Below are positions 24,339 to 37,964 of a stretch of DNA of 64,000 bases, piece after piece; the stretch's first letter is position 1, and every line of letters starts with the position of its first letter. The notes beneath the pieces were generated by a model, which made no database searches, was not told the origin of the DNA, and saw only the letters and a program-made list of their open reading frames with translations. The position numbers and the translations under genes were made by a program. The DNA is from a virus. The DNA lies in IMG/VR virus record IMGVR_UViG_3300040786_000061, one strand, 5' to 3'.

Positions 24339-24592
24339 TTAGTATATTATTTATTTTTTATCTCTTGCTTCTTCTATTGTCATGAAATACATTTCAAATT
24401 CTTTTTATTTGTTGGAGCATAGTAACTAAGTGTCTCTGTTTCTATATAAATAAATATATAGAAGCCTCGATATCACTATTTACTGGCTTAGTTTCATATA
24501 TCTTATTCTTTTCCCATTTCACTCTTTTATTCCAATACTCAGGAAGTTGATTGGCTTCATAAAACAGGTTCTCTTACAATATACTTTTTCAT
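24331..24592 (-). CDS. small hypothetical protein with C-terminal RDKKINNIL tail
   Basis: ...KKEFEMYFMTIEEARDKKINNILNE*; same architecture as 30309-30560. Confidence 0.55.
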
Positions 24593-25393
24593 CTAATTCG
24601 CTTATTCTTTTTTCCAAAATCTATATACTCTTTTTGTAATTCAAATCCTATATAATTTCTATTTAGTTCTTTTGAAACTAATCCAGTAGTACCTGTACCC
24701 ATAAATGGATCTAATACTAAATCACCTTCATTTGTAGAACCCATTATAAAGTATTTTATAAGTGCGGTTGGATATACAGCAACATGACTATCTGCAATCT
24801 TTTTAGATTGAGATGATATATTTATCAATGTAGTTGGCAATGCACCCTTTGGATTTGGTGCCCAATCTTTATATTCTAATTTACTATCATCCTCGCCTCT
24901 TGAATATCTTTTCTTTAATGGCTTTTCATTCTTTTTAATAGAAACTGGTGAGTACTCTGTTCTCATTTCATCAATATTAAACTTAAAATTTTTATCTTTT
25001 ACAAACCAAAATAAAACTCAATTCTATCACCAAATCTACTTCTATTAGGCAATCCTTTCATTTTATTCCAGAACAACCTCTCAAACATTTTTAGACCTGT
25101 TTCTTTATGTAGTCTTGATATTAGGTCGAATACATAAGGATGTCTGAATCCACCTTCTACTTTATCATTTATATTAAGGATAAATGAACCCGTAGGTTTT
25201 ATAACTCTTTCTATTTCAATACAATATGGTATAAACCAATCAACGTAATCATCAGCAGAAATACCTTCATCATCAATATATTTTTCATTGTAGAATATGG
25301 TGGTGAAGTTATAACTAAATCAACTGAGTTATCAGGCAATTCTTTAATAAGTTCTAGTGAGTCTCCTAGATATATTTTGTTTAATTCCATCAT
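24589..25393 (-). CDS. orphan DNA methyltransferase, N4-C/N6-A (beta class)
   Basis: '[11 protein letters not shown]', 'HVAVYP', '[11 protein letters not shown]', 'YIGFEL'. Confidence 0.9.
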
Positions 25394-25394
25394 A

Positions 25395-25995
25395 TTTATA
25401 TTCCTTTACTAGTTTTATCAAGAAATTCTCTCTCTTGTTCAGTTAGTGATTTAATCCCATTTTAGATATTTTATCTAATAATACATCTATATCATATGAT
25501 TCAGAATACTCATCACCATTATCATAATCTGTATCAATATCATCTTCTCTTATTATCTTCACCGATACAACTGATGGATCAATTGGTGGATTGAATCTAT
25601 TACAGACTGGTCTTTATAAAACTCGCCTTCCATCATCATCTTAACTTTGGTTAACTCTTTTACAATATTTGTTATTTGCTCTGGTATAACATCTAGTCTA
25701 TTAATTAATGTGAAGATCCTATACTAATATCAACATCTACTCTAACCTTTGACAACTCAAATTCAACACGTTCGTCATATAACATTGATTTTACTCTATC
25801 ATACATATCAATATATTTATTGGCTCTTTCTTGATCATCATTTGACTTTTTTATAAAAATCCATATGTATAGTATATTTCTACTTGTGGAATCTATCTCT
25901 TTTTCAAAATTTTAGAATGGATTGTCTTTACCCACTTTTTATATGTGGAAATTCTTTGTAAGTATCTTCTGTTTTATATGTTTAATGTGTACATA
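25395..25995 (-). CDS. hypothetical protein with C-terminal DUF6576-like motif
   Basis: Ends ...[26 protein letters not shown]. Confidence 0.45.
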
Positions 25996-26053
25996 TATAA
26001 TTATTAGGTTTACTATTTTATATAAAACTACTAAAAGTTTAATATATAAATTC

Positions 26054-26650
26054 ATGAAATATATAATGAGATTCAACGAGTCTAAAAAAGAAAGATACTT
26101 TCTATCACATGAAGGTGTGAAGATAAATATGATTGTATTACTGGATCAGATATAAAAGATAAGTGGGATATTTCTAATGAAAGTGATAAAGGTATAACCT
26201 TATTAGATTATATCGAAGATGCTGAGATAGGTGATAGATGGATATTAGGAACAAGTAACATAACTCGTATTCAAAAGTTTAGTTCAAATATAAGTTATGC
26301 AAATATTAAAAAAATTTCAGAAGAATATTTAATATATCTAACCGATGTAGGATTTACTTTAAATATAATAGAACCTATATTTCGATTTACGGATAATCCT
26401 AGCTATCTTATAGAGATATCTAAAGCAGGAGTATTAAGTGAATTTAATTGGGAAGATATTAAATATGACTTTATACCTTTTATAGAATTTATATCCAAAA
26501 CTATATAATAGATAGTAATATAGTTTTATTTTAGGTAATCGTTCTTTTCTAAGAGCGTTTTAATTGATGATATATTAAATGATAATATTAGAGTTGATTA
26601 TCTATTAACAACAATAAAGATCAGAGTAAGATAGATTATACATCTAATAG
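26054..26650 (+). CDS. leader-tagged family B protein
   Basis: MKYIMRFNE...; 'FSEEYLIYLTDVGF', 'FNWEDIKYDFIPF'. Confidence 0.6.
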
Positions 26651-27152
26651 TATTAAATTATAATCTCTTCTAATTCTCTTAATACTCAGCCAATTTTTTA
26701 TCCTGTTTTCAACAAGTGTGTGTAAATTACCTCTGATTTATTTTTAATATTATAAAAATCTCCAATATTATCGTTAAATAATTCAATAATATCAGAAGGC
26801 GTACAAAGCCTAAGATGTTTATTATTTAATAAAATAATAAAGTATAAAATTTCTTTAATTTCGTTATAAGTTTTTCATCAACTCTCCATTTTGATATCCA
26901 ATCTCTTGCTATACTATCATTGGTTTTATCTGCACTAGGTGGAATAAATATTATAGAGTAATAGGATAAATCTTTAGATTTAGGTATTACACCAATATAT
27001 TTTCCCACTTTTCCATAATATAAGTTGGATCGATATCTATTAAATCAACATCCATATTGTTATGTAAGTTAAAAGAGAATCTTATTAAATTGTCTAATTG
27101 TGTTTTCATAACAACAAATATACAATTTTAATATATAAAAATAAAAGTTTTA

Positions 27153-28030
27153 ATGAAAACTAAACATAAATTAACACAAGACTTTCAATTCTTATCTGAT
27201 GATAAGAAAATATATGTACTAAAAAAGGAACAATTTTAGAAGAATATTTTATAAATTTAAAGACATATCTTAAAAATAGACAAAGATATTATTGATAATA
27301 ATCCGTTATACTTTGAACTAATAGATTGGAAAACTGAACTTTTTTATATATAAAACATCTAAACTACCAACACCATCAGTTCTTACTAAAAGTTAATTCC
27401 ATTCATAGAAGATATGATATTATCATCTATACAACAAGTAAGTACATCTGTACCCTTATCAGACGATAAGATTCTTGAATTAGAACAAAAAGAGTCTGAT
27501 TTAAATAGAAGGATCTTAAATTAAATGATAAAGAAGAAGAAATTGAAATAAGATTAAAAAGAATTATTAAGAGAGAAGAAGATTATAAGGAAGATATTAA
27601 GTTACTAGACAATAAAGAAAATGACTTGCGTGAAAGGTTCAAAGAATTTACGGAACAAGAGTTTAGTTTATCTTGTCTATCACAAGATTTAAATGAGAGA
27701 GAAAGAAATTTAGATAAACAAATACTTGAATCTTCAAATAATTTAGATGAGAAGTATTCTGATTTGCAAGTTAAAATATCGGAAGATATTAGACTTGTTA
27801 CTGAAAGAGAAAATAACTTAGAAATTAAATTGAATGATATCAAAGATTTAGAAGTGAGTATATCTAAAAGAGAGTCAGATATTAATGACAAAGAAAGAGA
27901 TGTATCTATAAGAGAAGAAGATATAAAATTCACTGAAGTAGAATTAAGAAAATAGAAGGTGAGATTAGTGATTGGGAATCACTACATTGGAAATTCAAAG
28001 CGTCTAATAAACCACCATCTTGTTTATAAA
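27153..28030 (+). CDS. long coiled-coil protein
   Basis: Heptad-rich E/K/R sequence including ORF 27626-27955. Confidence 0.6.
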
Positions 28031-28074
28031 ATATAAAAAAAATCTTAATAAATATTTAATTTATTAAGATTTTT

Positions 28075-28461
28075 TTATCTCTTCATATTCATCTTTGTTA
28101 GTCCAATCCAACTTACACTTTACTACATTTTTTACATGAGGTTCAATATCACTTGTTTTATCATCTATAATAATCCAGTCGATACAATCTACATTTTCCA
28201 TCAACCATTGTCTTATTTCTAATCCCTATCTTCTTGGTCAAGATGTGGAGTATAATCATAAATAGGCACTTCAATACCTTGTTCGGTAAATATTTGCTGT
28301 AGTTGTTCTATAGTATGATTTGTTCTCCAAGTAGATGTTATCACAACTCTCAAGTCAAACTCTTTACAAATTTTGTTGTATAGTATTATCGCAGTTTTAC
28401 TCCATTTCTTTCTCCAATGTGGGTTTAAAACACCATCAATATCAGTAAATATAACTCTCAT
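28075..28461 (-). CDS. HAD-family phosphatase (HAD_SAK_2-like), copy 3
   Basis: FTDIDGVLN, 'ITSTWR', 'R.LEIRQWL', 'WIIIDD'. Confidence 0.85.
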
Positions 28462-28994
28462 TAAAATTTTGAATTACAGTTATGAATATTAGGTAGTATA
28501 CTATCTTTATCAGAAACTATTGCTTGTTCTAAATCTATTCCCAATCTATGTTTAAAATACTATCAAGTGTATGCCGCCTTCACTTTCTTTGTTATAATAT
28601 TGGTCGCATTTATACATAACCGTTGCTGTTTCACTCAAAACAGAGAATCCGTGTGCAAATCCTTGTGGGACTAGAAGTTGTTTATTATTTTCTGCTGTTA
28701 GTAAATGGTAAAGGACTGACCAAATGTCAGTGAATCTTTTCTCAAATCTACTGCAACATCAATAATTTTACCTTGTAGAACTCTTATTAGTTTTGTTTGT
28801 GCATAAGGAGGGTTTTGATAATGTAGTCCTCTTAATGTTCCTTTTTTAGAATGTGATTGATTGTCTTGTATGAAATCTATATTAATCCCAATTTCTTTAA
28901 GGTTTATATGATTCAAAAAATAACCTCTATCATCTTCAAATACAGAAGGTGATAGTATCAATAAATCTTTTATATTAGTTTGTTCAATTTTCAT
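28461..28994 (-). CDS. rfbC: dTDP-4-dehydrorhamnose 3,5-epimerase
   Basis: 'FEDDRGYF', 'QDNQSHSKKGTLRGLHYQ', 'DVAVDLRKDS.TFG', 'GFAHGFSVLS'. Confidence 0.92.
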
Positions 28995-30308
28995 TAATAT
29001 ACGTTATTTGAGAAACAAAAGATAAATCAATACCTCTGTTATTAATAATTTTTTTAATTCGCTCTTATTCAGTTTTAATGAAGGACAAGATACATTAAAA
29101 CTGGTGTTAATGCACTAACATTACCTTCATCTTCACCAACAGGTGTGAAGAATACATAGTCATTTTCTGACACATCAAACTCTTTCATTATTAAATTCAA
29201 CTTATCTATTAGTTGTTTAATAGATAATGGTTTTAAATTTTCTGACATTATTATATTATATATATTTTATTATCATGATGTTACATGTTTTAGATATAAC
29301 CAAGATTTCATTTTCTAAATGAAATCTCTTCTTCTTCGATAATTTCCTCTATGACATCTTCTTCTAACTCTTCTTTGGTACCAAGTAGTTCGTTTATCTT
29401 AGAATCACGTCTTTTTGCAATAATCTTAGCATTTCTTTCATCTTCTGTATCATCGCCCCAAAGAAGAATATCATAATAACCCATTATTCAGGTTTTTTGT
29501 TTGATTCATAATAATACCCTCTTGTAATTTCATTTCCTTTATATATCATAGGTATTGTGCTGACACCAACATTTACAGAATTTTCAATTGATAACTTATC
29601 TTTCAACATCATCAACTTAAAATTTGTTTAATACCAAAATTCGGAAACTTAAATCTATTATCTAAAATCCAATTAAGATCTATAATTCTTTTATTACAAT
29701 GGTTTATATAGTAGATATAATATCTAGTTCTAGAAGACTTTATCTCACACAATTCAGTAGCAAGTATTGTATCAACATCAACATCTTTGAAGTCTCTCAA
29801 TAGAACTGCTCTAAATTTTATATCTTTTGGAATACATTTTCAACAATATCTCTTAAACCTAATCCATCATCGAAAAGTTTAATTATATTTCTATCCAATA
29901 TAGACATCACGGTATCTTTTGTCATTTATTATTTATTTTATACAAATATAGTAAAATTTAGATATTATTATACTGTTTGTGTAAAATATAATTCGATTTT
30001 ACTACAAATAATCATGTATTTTTCTGCCAAAATAGGATTATTCAGTCCTATTTTATTTATTGTTTTTCTGGTGTGTTTGGGTATCTATACATATTCCCTA
30101 CACATTTGGAAACCATCTTTATAGTAAATTGAAATATCACCTGTTACTCGATAAATGCCTACACTATTTTCATTTGGATAGAAATAAATCAAAAATCATT
30201 TTCCTTCATTATGGGATAACTATGCTCATATCTATAAACTCCCTTACGAACTATTGTTTTACCGAAATCATCAATACCTTTTACTTTGGTTTGCTATACT
30301 CATTTTAA

Positions 30309-30560
30309 TTAATTTAGAATAATATTTATTTTATCTTCTCTTATTTTAGTTATATCATCAAATCTAGTATAAAATTTATCTTTTGACATTGATACAGCAC
30401 TTGAAGATATATTTACAACATAATACACTAATCCATGTTCTTCTATTACATCATAATCATAATAAATACCTTCTACAAATTCTAAATACTTTCTTTGATT
30501 TGGAAATAAATCTGGACCCAAATAAGGTGTAGTACTTGTTAACTTACATTTACACTTCAT
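30309..30560 (-). CDS. small hypothetical protein with C-terminal REDKINIIL tail
   Basis: Intact 83-aa ORF ending IREDKINIILN*. Confidence 0.7.
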   Translation of the reverse strand: MKCKCKLTSTTPYLGPDLFPNQRKYLEFVEGIYYDYDVIEEHGLVYYVVNISSSAVSMSKDKFYTRFDDITKIREDKINIILN

Positions 30561-30703
30561 TTCTTTCTTTCTCTTATAATTATAATTCTGTTACAACCAT
30601 CACAAACAATAGTTGAACTAGTCTCTGTATTAATAACCTTTTTTAAGCACTTTCCCTCACAGAATCCACTATCAGATGCTGCATATTTAGATATATCTTT
30701 CAT
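30557..30703 (-). CDS. small Cys-rich (possible Zn-binding) protein
   Basis: MKDISKYAASDSGFCEGKC...VCDGC; preceded by a TATATTTG promoter. Confidence 0.5.
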   Translation of the reverse strand: MKDISKYAASDSGFCEGKCLKKVINTETSSTIVCDGCNRIIIIRERKK

Positions 30704-30777
30704 ATCACAAATATAGTTATAATATTTGAATAAAAACAAAACTTGATATTTACTATATAAAATAAAAATAATTAATA

Positions 30778-32607
30778 ATGGGTAAGAAGAAGATTGAAGA
30801 TCAATATAAAAACTAACAGATATCGAACATGTTATTTTGAGACCTGGTATGTATATAGGATCTATTAAACCACATACAACCACAAAATGGATAGTAGATG
30901 AGGGTAAGATGATAAGTAAAGAAGTAACTTATAATCCTGGATTTCTAAAGATATTCGATGAGATAATAACAAACTCTGTTGATGAAAGTAAAAGAGAAGG
31001 ATCTAAACTAAATACCATTAAAATAACCATAAATGATAAAAGAATAGAAGTATGGGATAATGGTGGTATACCAGTTATAAAACATAAAGAATATAACGAG
31101 TGGATTCCTGAAATGATATTCTCAAATTTAAAAGCAGGATCTAATTTGATGATACCGAAGAAAGAGTTGTTGCTGGTACGAATGGAGTTGGTAGTAGTAT
31201 AACAAACATCTACTCATCTAAATTTATTATATCAACTTGTGATGGAAAGAATAAATTTTTCAAACTTTCTCGAATAATATGAGAGATAGAGTTGTTGCCA
31301 AAATAACACCATCAACTAAAAACATACTGAAATAATATTTACACCTGATTTTGAAAAGTTTGGATTAGCTGGAATCGATGAAGTACATTCTAAATTGATT
31401 GAGAAGAGATATATGATATCGCTGCTTGTAATCCAACACTAAAGATATACTTCAATGATAAATTAATAAACCTAACTCATTTGAGGATTACATTAAACTA
31501 TATGTAGGTGAATATTTCTATGAGTTTAAAAAAAGATAAAAGTGGTCGGTAGCAATAGCTCTTTCTGAAAAGGATTTCAACAAATAAGTTTTGCAAATTC
31601 AACTGAAACTTATGACGGTGGTACACATGTTGATTATGTAATGAACCAAATAATTGTACAACTAAGAGAGTTCTTCTTAAAGAAGCACAAGGTAGATGTG
31701 AAACCAAGCGAATTGCGTAATCATATGTTTTATTCTTAGATTCTACTATTGTAAATCCTTCTTTTCTTCTCAGACAAAGAAAAACTTATTACAGAGTCAA
31801 AAGAATTTGGATCAACATTTGAAATTAGTACAAAATTAGTACAATCTATATTAAAATCAGAAATTGTAAACTCTATTTTAGATTGGATAGAGCAAAAAAA
31901 CGCAGATGATAGCAAGTTACAAAGAGATATAAATAAAAACTATCTAAGATAAAAGTTGATAAGTTAATTGATGCGAAGGGTAAAGACCGTTGGAAATGTT
32001 CATTAGGTATTTTCGAGGAGATTCAGCATCTGGTGCCTTTAGAAAATATAGATCAGCAGAGACGATGGGAGCCTTCTCATTGCTAGGTAAATTTATTAAT
32101 GTATCAGATATCAATAATCAGAAGTTAATTCAAAATAAAGAAGCAGTTGGTTTAATGGGTTCAATTGGTTGAAACTTGGTAAAGAGATTACTCTTAAAGA
32201 CCTAAGATATGGTAGAATATTATTTTACACTGATGCAGACTTTGATGGTAACGCCATATCAGCACTATTAATTAATTTTCTATATAAATACTGGCCCGAT
32301 ATATTTGAAAGAAAGATGGTATATAAAGTAGAGACTCCAATTATGGTTGCAGTACCTAAGAATAAAACCAAGAAGAAAATATTGTTTTATAATCTAACCG
32401 AGTATAACTTATGGTTACCTAAGAACGATATTAAGTCATATGATATAAAATATAAAAAGGATTGGCAGCACTTGTCGATGATGAATATAAAGATATTATA
32501 AACAATCCAAAATTACACTTATAACTAAAGATGATTTTTCTAGTAAGTCACTAGAAACATGGTTTGGAAAAAGCTCAGAATTAAGAAAAATTGAACTATT
32601 AGAATAA
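30778..32607 (+). CDS. type IIA DNA topoisomerase ATPase/TOPRIM subunit (T4 gp39+gp60-like)
   Basis: 'EHVILRPGMYIGS', 'KIFDEIITNSVD', 'DNGGIP', 'GTNGVG', 'GGTHV', 'EGDSA', 'TDADFDG', 'YKKGL'. Confidence 0.93.
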
Positions 32608-33320
32608 TGAAATTAAATGAAATATACTTAGGTGACTGTTTGGATATAATGCCTAATATACCGGATGAGTCAGTTGATATGATATTAGCTGATTTACCTT
32701 TTACAACAAAGTGCAAATGGGATTCAGTAATTGATATGGAAAAACTATGGGTTCAATATGAAAGAGTTATTAAAACAAATGGTGCTATAGTTCTATTTGC
32801 ACAAACACCATTTGATAAAGTTCTTGGGTGTAGTAACCTTAAACTATTAAGATATGAGTGGATTTGGGAAAAAACACAACCTACCGGACATTTAAATGCA
32901 AAAAAAAATGCCGATGAAAGCACATGAAAATATATTAGTATTTTATAAAAAAACCAACATATAACCCACAAAAGACTTTTGATCACAAAGAAAGGTCTCA
33001 ACCACACATCACAAAGAAACTCATCAACAGGTGAAATATATGGTAAGAGTGATAGTTTTCTGACTATGATTCAACTGAAGATATCAAGAAGTGTGCAGAA
33101 TTTTCAAGTGATAGACAAAGTTAAACTTACATAGCACACAAAGCCACTGGCTTTAATTGAATATAATAAAACATATACTGATGAAGGTATGTTAATATTA
33201 GATAACGTTTCTGGTAGCGGTACTACAGGTGTAGGTTGTAAAAAAACTAAATAGAGACTTTATAATGATCGAAAAGATTTAGATTTTTATAACATTTCAT
33301 TAGAAAAGAATGAAAAATAT
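32607..33320 (+). CDS. orphan DNA adenine methyltransferase (beta class)
   Basis: 'GDCL', 'SVDMILADLPF', 'YEWIWEK', 'HSTQKP', 'LDNVSGSGTTG'. Confidence 0.88.
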
Positions 33321-34212
33321 ACATTTAGAGTAAATTATTTTGTACCTTTAATTTATGAGAAATCGAGCATTTAGAATATACAAAGAAGACTTAAAAGTAA
33401 TTAAAAGAATTAAATCTATTGAAAAGGAAAATACTATTATGGATATTTAGACATTAATAATATTTCACATTCAAACGCAATATTAAGTGATTATATTGGA
33501 TCATGTATAAATTTTAAATATAAATCACTATCGACTAAACCATCTAGTTCAAAATTTAAATCTAAATATTCATCTAACCGTAATACACAGTGTTGGTGGA
33601 CCAGAACTATTAATACTAGAGTAGGTCGTAAAGTAGAAACTTCATTACTAATAAAAGAGCATTATGCGTCACTTAATTCCTGATAGTTCAGAGAACTGGA
33701 TAATAAAAAAAACATGTTGATGTATAAAAGTATGTTAACTTACCTGTTTGTTTTATACAGAATGATATCGTATATATATTTTTAGATAATAAAATACCGA
33801 ACCAAATAATAAAACTAACTAAACATCTAATATTAAAAGAAATTAAATTTTTACCACGCCAGAATATTCTATTCCTAACACAATAATAGATAATAATAAA
33901 GTAATAAATCACTACTTATACTCATATGTAAATAAACATTTTTTTATAGGATTTAGAAAAATAGAATTTGATTTAATAAAAACTTATTAGATTGGTGTAA
34001 AAGAAGATTGTTACATACTTATAAAAGAAAATTATGATATAATTTCAGAAAAAGTTATGAGAAAAAATACTGATTTTTATACTAATAAAATTTACTACAA
34101 ATATGATGAGGAAATAAGAGACTTTTCTACATTATATAGAGAGATACAAATTAATTATATTATTGCATAAAACAAATTAACTATTATCTATATAAAATAA
34201 AAAATATATATA

Positions 34213-34543
34213 ATGTTAAATCCATTAAACTCAAACTCAACAGGCAGTACAGTACAAAATATAAGAGCAAACTCAACAAGTAATATTGTTATTGGAAATA
34301 ATACTAAAAGTATTTATAGTATTGCTGGCAGAATATAATATTTTAGGAGAGTCAGTCTCAGTTGCTGGTTATAAAGACATTAATCTTGCAGTTATTATAG
34401 CACAAATAAATATATTAGGAAAGATTACTATGATGAGTTAATTAAACAAGGGTTACATTCTCTGAAGAGATAGAAAGTATTTTAAAAGAAAATTTAAAGA
34501 GATAGAAAGAGATAGAAAGATAGATTTGATTACAAAAGATTAG
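34213..34543 (+). CDS. hypothetical protein with C-terminal RDRKIDLI tail
   Basis: MLNPLNSNSTG... IERDRKIDLITKD*. Confidence 0.55.
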
Positions 34544-34559
34544 TAATTATTTATTCTTA

Positions 34560-34980
34560 TATGCATTATTTCAACTCTGTTATTTTTTCTCTACATTTAA
34601 ATGATATCTTAATATATCATAATCTTCTAAATTATCACCTATAATATCATCTAATTTCACAAATATATCTTTCTTTAGTCCATATGCTTCGCTATTTATT
34701 TTGATAAGTAGAGAAAGGTAATATCAGAAACTATATACTTTCTAGATAGAATATCAAAAGGAATAACATCATCTCGTATATCATGCCAGTTAAAAATTTT
34801 ATAAGAATTATCAACCATTTTGTTAATTGATACACCAGTATAATAATCTTGCATTATAAATCCTGTGCTGTATAAAATATGAAACCCACCATCTATAAGA
34901 TATGCCAAATTTTCTGAACAAAATCCCTTTAAATCATCTGTGATATTCTTACCTTCATTAAATTTTCTTATATACTTCAT
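34560..34980 (-). CDS. leader-tagged family B protein
   Basis: MKYIRKFNE...FCSENLAYLIDGGF...FNWHDIRDDVIPF. Confidence 0.7.
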
Positions 34981-35373
34981 TTTCTTATATATTTTTACAT
35001 TAAAATCTATTCCTATAATTGGCATATCTTCAATTATATCGTTTATAATATCACTTAATTTTACGTGTTTACTTGCAACATAACTTCCTTTATCAGTCGT
35101 TACTATATGTTTAAGTTACTTGATGTGATATACTTTCTGGATAGAATAGTCATAAAAGGGATAAACTCATCTCTAACATCATACCAAGTAAAGTTATCTA
35201 TACGTGCTAAAATATTGTGACTATCATCTTTTAATATTAACTATAATGTTTGTGAATCCAATACTTCTATATCCTACTTTATATCCATCATCTATAAGAT
35301 ATGCTAGGTTATTATTACAAAATTCTTGTATATCAGTACTTATTGATTCATTAAATTTTCTTATATGCTTCAT
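34977..35373 (-). CDS. leader-tagged family B protein (tandem paralog)
   Basis: MKHIRKFNE...FCNNNLAYLIDDGY...FTWYDVRDEFIPF. Confidence 0.7.
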
Positions 35374-35437
35374 ATGATTCTATATATTAAACAACAAAAA
35401 TCATATACCTACATATAAATAAAAATAATAAACATAA

Positions 35438-36400
35438 ATGGGAATTGACTTAATAATAGACGGTAATTACATACTATCGAAATTAGTTTTCACACTTCAT
35501 AAACATAACTTATTATATGGTGGATTACACAAAGCACTCGAGAATAATATAAATACATATAGAAAGTGGCATCCATTTACAAATGTATATTTAGTATCAG
35601 ACTCAAAGAAAAATCTTGGAAAAGGTCTTATAGATACATATAAGGGTACAAGAAAAAGACTCTGATATTGACTGGAACTTTGTTTATACTGCATATGGTG
35701 AGTTTAAAGATAACGTACAAGGTCATATAAGAGTATTAGAAGCAAGTACAATAGAAGGAGATGATTGATAGCATATCTTACATCAAAATCAAATAAAGAA
35801 GCTAGGTCTACGATAATCGTTTCAAATGACTATGATATTAAACAATTAGTAAATTATGGAACTACACCACTATACATAAATATGATGACTAATGAGATGT
35901 ATAATAAAGAAAAATTATTCTTACCAAAGAATTATAAACCTTTATAAATATAGTATCTAAGTTACCTAATGATGATATATTTAACTTAAATGATAACTCT
36001 GAATTTTAGGACTTCTTGATAGATTCATATCTAAATATGATATACACGAAATAAATCCAATCGAATCACTTATTACTAAGATAATATCAGGTGATCAAAG
36101 TGATAATATAGGATCAGTATGGAGTGTGGTTAAAACGGAAAGAAAAGAGGAATTGGAGCAGCAGGCGCACAATTTATAATGAATATATTACTGAATTTGT
36201 GAAATAGATTTAAGAGATCCTGACTTATATGAAAATATTGCAGATTTAATCTGTGAGAAGAAGAAACTAAGCAAGACACAGATAGTAAAAATAGTTGAAA
36301 ATATGAACAGAATGTAAGATTGATAGATTTAAGAGTATCAAACTTACCAGTTGAAATCGTAAATAAAATGAATGAAGTTTATGCCAAGAATATCAAAATG
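35438..36400 (+). CDS. RNase H / 5'-3' exonuclease (T4 rnh-like, FEN fold)
   Basis: 'LIIDGNY', 'YKGTRK', 'EGDD.IA', 'IVSNDYDIKQL', 'KIISGDQSDNI'. Confidence 0.8.
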
Positions 36401-36568
36401 AGTAACTCTGGACCAACTGGTTCGAATGGAGCGATAGGAGTATCAGGAGTATCAGGAGTAGTACGAGATAGCGAATCACAAAAAAAGAAGGGAAATTATA
36501 AGAAAGTGGAGACCAATTGTCACTAATAATATTGAGTTCTTAACGAAGAAATTATTGAATATACTTCA

Positions 36569-36867
36569 TTATATTGTGAATGGTATCTAAAAATAATAGA
36601 AATAATGATGCAATTAATCTAAATGATAGATTATCTGAGATAAATAGTAGAATTAAAAATCCAATTAGAATAGATATTGTTGGTAAGTCCTATAATCCAG
36701 TATCTGGTTTGATTGAATATAAACTATCTAATGGTACTTATATCCCACTATTAGGTGGTGTTTCTAAAATTTCAGATGAGCAACTTGCCTATGTATTTGA
36801 TATAGAATTTATAAAAGAAATAGATATCCAATTATACAGAGATTTAAAAATAGATAAAATTATATAA
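36569..36867 (+). CDS. hypothetical protein with C-terminal RDLKIDKII tail
   Basis: ORF 36580-36867 ends YRDLKIDKII*. Confidence 0.6.
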
Positions 36868-36868
36868 A

Positions 36869-37259
36869 ATGGCGCTAATTGATGTTGTAAATGCACTCTT
36901 TCGTAAGAGTAATAAATGGAATGAAATATCTGATGATGAGAAGAGTTTAAACTTTTTATAATTAATAGATATATGTCTAAAAATATATAAAACAATCACA
37001 ACTTTTGAACTTAAAAAAGTATAGATAAGGTATTAGCAATGGAACTATGGTTTCACTTTATGCAAAAACAACCATATCCAACTTGGTTTTGGTCTAAAGT
37101 AGTACTCTTGATAAACCTGAGATTCCTAATAAAGATTATAAATTACTATTATCAAAGTTAAATATAAAGCCTGATGACTTAAACTACTTAATAAATAAGC
37201 ATTATGATTTTATTAAAGAAGAGTTATTGTATTATAAAAAAATAGAAAAAGGTAACTAA
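36869..37259 (+). CDS. hypothetical protein, weak resemblance to clamp-loader small subunit (gp62)
   Basis: 'FFIINRYMSK' resembles the gp62 'PFxINRxLS' block; followed by 'WF.F...YP.WFW.K'. Confidence 0.3.
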
Positions 37260-37422
37260 TGGTGAATATTTTATATGAGTTAAAATTAGTTAGATTTCTT
37301 AAAAAAGGACTATGGGTAAAAAACTTTACATAGAGGTTGGATAAGACATGAAATATACGATGCATATTTAGGATATGGATTCGATCCTATTATAATTAAA
37401 ACAGAAAAATATTAAAAAATAT

Positions 37423-37964
37423 ATGACAGCAGAAGATAAATTAACAAAGATGAAGTGGTATGTCGTTCGTACACAAAACCAGAGAGAAAAATCAGTATCA
37501 GAGAAGATAATCAAAGAAGGAGAAATAGGCGAACTAGTTGGTAAAGTAGGACAAGTTCTTGTTCCTTTAGAAAGACATTCTATCTAAAGATAATAAAAGT
37601 ACAAAGAGAAACAATATTGTTTCCTGGTTATATTTTATGCAAACAAGTTCACTAGGAGAATTGAAATATTACTTAAAAGGTATTAAGGGTACATCAGGAT
37701 TTTAACTGAGAGAAATGGTGAGATACAATCACCTCAATTAGAAATAGATAGAATGATTGGTAGCATGTAGAATCAATGAGTAAAGTTGCATATGATACTT
37801 ATATTGTTGGTGAAGAAGTTACTATCATAGATGGTCCATTCTCAACTATGAACGCCACAGTTGAATCTATTAAAGACATAAAAGTAACTCTAGCAGTATC
37901 TATATTCGGTAGAAAGACACCTGTTACATTAGAGATACATCAAATCGATAAGAAACATGGATAA
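37423..37964 (+). CDS. nusG: transcription elongation/antitermination factor NusG
   Basis: 'KWYVVRT...E', 'QVLVP', 'FPGYIF', KOW 'GEEVTIIDGPF', 'VSIFGRKTPV'. Confidence 0.92.

Noticed and set aside
36415-36435. GGTTCGAAT resembling a tRNA T-loop
   Set aside because: No cloverleaf or acceptor stem; it lies in a coding stretch (SGPTGSNGAIG).
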